Shown in pieces: positions 62,431 to 64,000 of a stretch of DNA of 64,000 nt. Position numbers and translations under genes: made by a program. How positions within the stretch are numbered: the stretch's first letter is position 1; the number at the start of each line of letters is the position of its first letter. The notes under the pieces were generated by a model. That model made no database searches. It worked only from the letters and a program-made list of their open reading frames with translations, and was not told the origin of the DNA. Source of the stretch: an uncultured Actinomycetota bacterium (GTDB lineage: Bacteria > Actinomycetota > Actinomycetes > Actinomycetales > Dermatophilaceae); contig CAVYYD010000012.1 of the NCBI GenBank assembly GCA_963772645.1, forward strand, positions 30,024 through 94,023. The letters are read 5' to 3'.

Positions 62431-63722
62431 TCAGCTCGATGACGACCGGAACGTCAGGTTCTCCCTCGCCCGACGTTGGAGGAGGGCGCGCTCACTCTCG
62501 TTCCTGGTTCGCGCAGCCGCCTCGGTGAACGCCTCGGCCGCCTGCGCGTTCAGCCCGGCTCGTTCGAGCAGGTCTGCGCGCACACTCGGCAGGAGCGGCG
62601 AGTCGGCGAGGCCGGCTTGGCCCAGTTCCGCCAGCACGGCGAGCCCGGCGTCCGGTCCGAACGCCCGCCCGTGCGCCACCGCCCGGTTCACCTCGACGAC
62701 CGGCCCGGGCGCGGCTTCGGCCAGGACGTCATACAGAGCCGCGATCCGGCGCCAGTTCGTGTCCTCGGCACGCCCGGCGCGGGCGTGCTGGGCGGCAATC
62801 GAAGCCTGCAGGAAGTACTTCCCAACGGGCTTGCCGCGCGCCGCGAGCCGCTCGGCCCGCTGCAGGGCGGCCAGTCCGCGGCGGATCAGCATCGTGTCCC
62901 ATCGGCTCCGGTCCTGCATCTCCAGCAGGACCGGGGCGCCCGCTCGTCGAGCCGGGCGCCCATCCTCGAGCCCTGGATCTCCAGCAATGCCTGGAGTCCG
63001 AGCACCTCGACCTCGTCGGGGGCGAACGCAACCAGCATCCGGGCAAGCCTCATCGCCTCGTTCGCCAGGTCGGGGCGCATCCAGTCCCGGCCACTGGTGG
63101 CGGTGTAGCCCTCGTTGAAGATGAGGTAGATCACGGCCATCACGTCGTCGATCCGTCTGGTCCGCTCCGCCCCGGTGGGCAGCTCGAACTGGGCGTGTGC
63201 CGCGGACAGCGTCTTCTTCGCGCGCGAGATGCGCTGACCCATCGACGACTCGGAGACCATGAACCCGCGGGCGATCTCGGCGGTGGTGAGTCCGCCGACC
63301 AGGCGCAGCGTCAGCGCGGCACGGGACTCGGCCGTCAGGGCGGGATGGCAGGACAGGAAGATCAGGCGCAGGACGTCGTCCTCGATGTCGTCGACCTGGC
63401 CGTCGAGGTCGGGCATCACCGCCCCCTCTCCACCCAGGGCATGTTCGAGCTCCGCGGTCTTGCGGCGCAGGTTGTCGGCGCGCCGGAAGTGGTCGACGCC
63501 CCGCCGCTTGGCGATGGTCATCAGCCACGCGATGGGGTTCTCCGGGACGCCGGTCGTCGGCCACTGCTCCAGCGCGGCCACGAGCGCGTCCTGGGCCAGG
63601 TCCTCAGCGAGGTCCACATCACGGGTCATCCGGGTGAGGGCGCCGACGAGGCGGGCCGATTCGGCCCGCCACGCCGCGACGATGGCCTCGTTCGAGTCAT
63701 CGGTACTGGTCCCCGCCGGCAC
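62431..63722 (-). CDS. ECF-type sigma-70 family factor with a long C-terminal (SigJ-like/DUF6596-type) extension, frameshifted as assembled (one base short near 62940)
   Basis: Frame 1 from GTG 63722 reads AWRAESARLVGALTRMTRDVDLAEDLAQDALVAALEQWP (region 2), TTAEIARGFMVSESSMGQRISRAKKTL (region 4), ...LLEIQGSRMGARLDER. Frame 2 continues GAPVLLEMQDRSRWDTMLIRRGLAALQRAE...NRAVAHG. The length is 1292 nt (3n+2). Confidence 0.8.
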
Positions 63723-63745
63723 GTCGCCAGCGTAGTGAGTCCCGG

Positions 63746-64000
63746 TCAGTCGCCCGGGGCCTCCGGGCCGCTGGAGATCTGTCGAAGGGTCGAGACCACC
63801 GTGACCTCGGGCCAGTACTTCGCGTGGAGCTCGGCGAACTCCTGCTGGTCGGCCACGGCCTCCTCGAGGCTGTCGTACTGCAGGAGCGACCAACCGCCGA
63901 CGACCTCCTTGGCTTCGGCATACGGTCCGTCGACCCGGCTGACCTCGCCCTGGCGGACCACGAAGTTCACCGCGTCCTCAGTTCCGTACAGGCCGCCGCC
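63746..64000 (-). CDS. YciI/DGPF-family protein; the N-terminus lies beyond the window edge
   Basis: ...VDGPYAEAKEVVGGWSLLQYDSLEEAVADQQEFAELH... The frame is open to base 64000 (GGGLYGTEDAVNF...). It lies directly upstream of the ECF sigma gene, a pairing I recall as typical. Confidence 0.65.
   Translation of the reverse strand, partial: GGGLYGTEDAVNFVVRQGEVSRVDGPYAEAKEVVGGWSLLQYDSLEEAVADQQEFAELHAKYWPEVTVVSTLRQISSGPEAPGD

Overview
This is a very GC-rich chromosomal segment, by eye well above 65% (not computed). Its gene content points to Actinomycetota: a mycothiol-type MDMPI enzyme, the biotin-synthase helper BsaP, a CsoR copper repressor, an IdeR-like iron box, and many GTGA/ATGA start-stop overlaps. 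I cannot assign a genus.

I support about 62 protein-coding genes, tightly packed on both strands. I saw no rRNA, tRNA, CRISPR array, transposase, integrase or recognisable phage or defence module.

Modules in window order:
- PAP2 phosphatase, TrmH methyltransferase and a VOC protein
- Copper module csoR, HMA domain and copA
- purB and a low-molecular-weight tyrosine phosphatase
- NarL-type two-component system 1
- bioF-bioD
- feoA-feoB-feoC
- bioA, an FMN reductase, and bioB-bsaP
- A blaI/blaR1-like pair directly downstream of cydA-cydB-cydD-cydC
- galE, a holin-like protein, an aminotransferase and an SDR epimerase
- FAD oxidase with a LysR regulator
- An envelope glycosylation cluster (GT-C-like membrane protein, GT2, LysM/L,D-transpeptidase, DUF2064)
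- GH13 enzyme and a membrane alpha/beta-hydrolase
- 2-oxoacid dehydrogenase E1alpha/E1beta/E2 plus an unknown 488-aa protein
- marR-MFS, SRPBCC, MDMPI and a CopD/CtaG fusion
- Nitrilase-family gene and a DUF559 remnant
- GlcD-like oxidase and small membrane proteins
- Two-component system 2
- fadE, DUF6584 and DUF1697
- An ECF sigma factor with a YciI-like gene

I did not find a convincing new multi-gene system, and the window looks like core genome. The points most worth a second look are:
1. Seven single-base frame disruptions fall in otherwise well-conserved genes (copA, bioA, cydC, cydD twice, DUF559, the sigma factor). The copA break sits exactly on a CCCGGGG slippery-type heptamer.
2. 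A dispersed palindromic repeat family is present in three intergenic copies, two of which share an identical 26-mer.
3. FeoB carries an in-frame 15-bp tandem repeat.
4. An uncharacterised Rossmann-like 488-aa gene is translationally coupled to the 2-oxoacid dehydrogenase operon.
5. Several candidate operators and short repeats occur.

All functional calls come from motif recognition in the supplied translations and my own hand translations. No database search was run.
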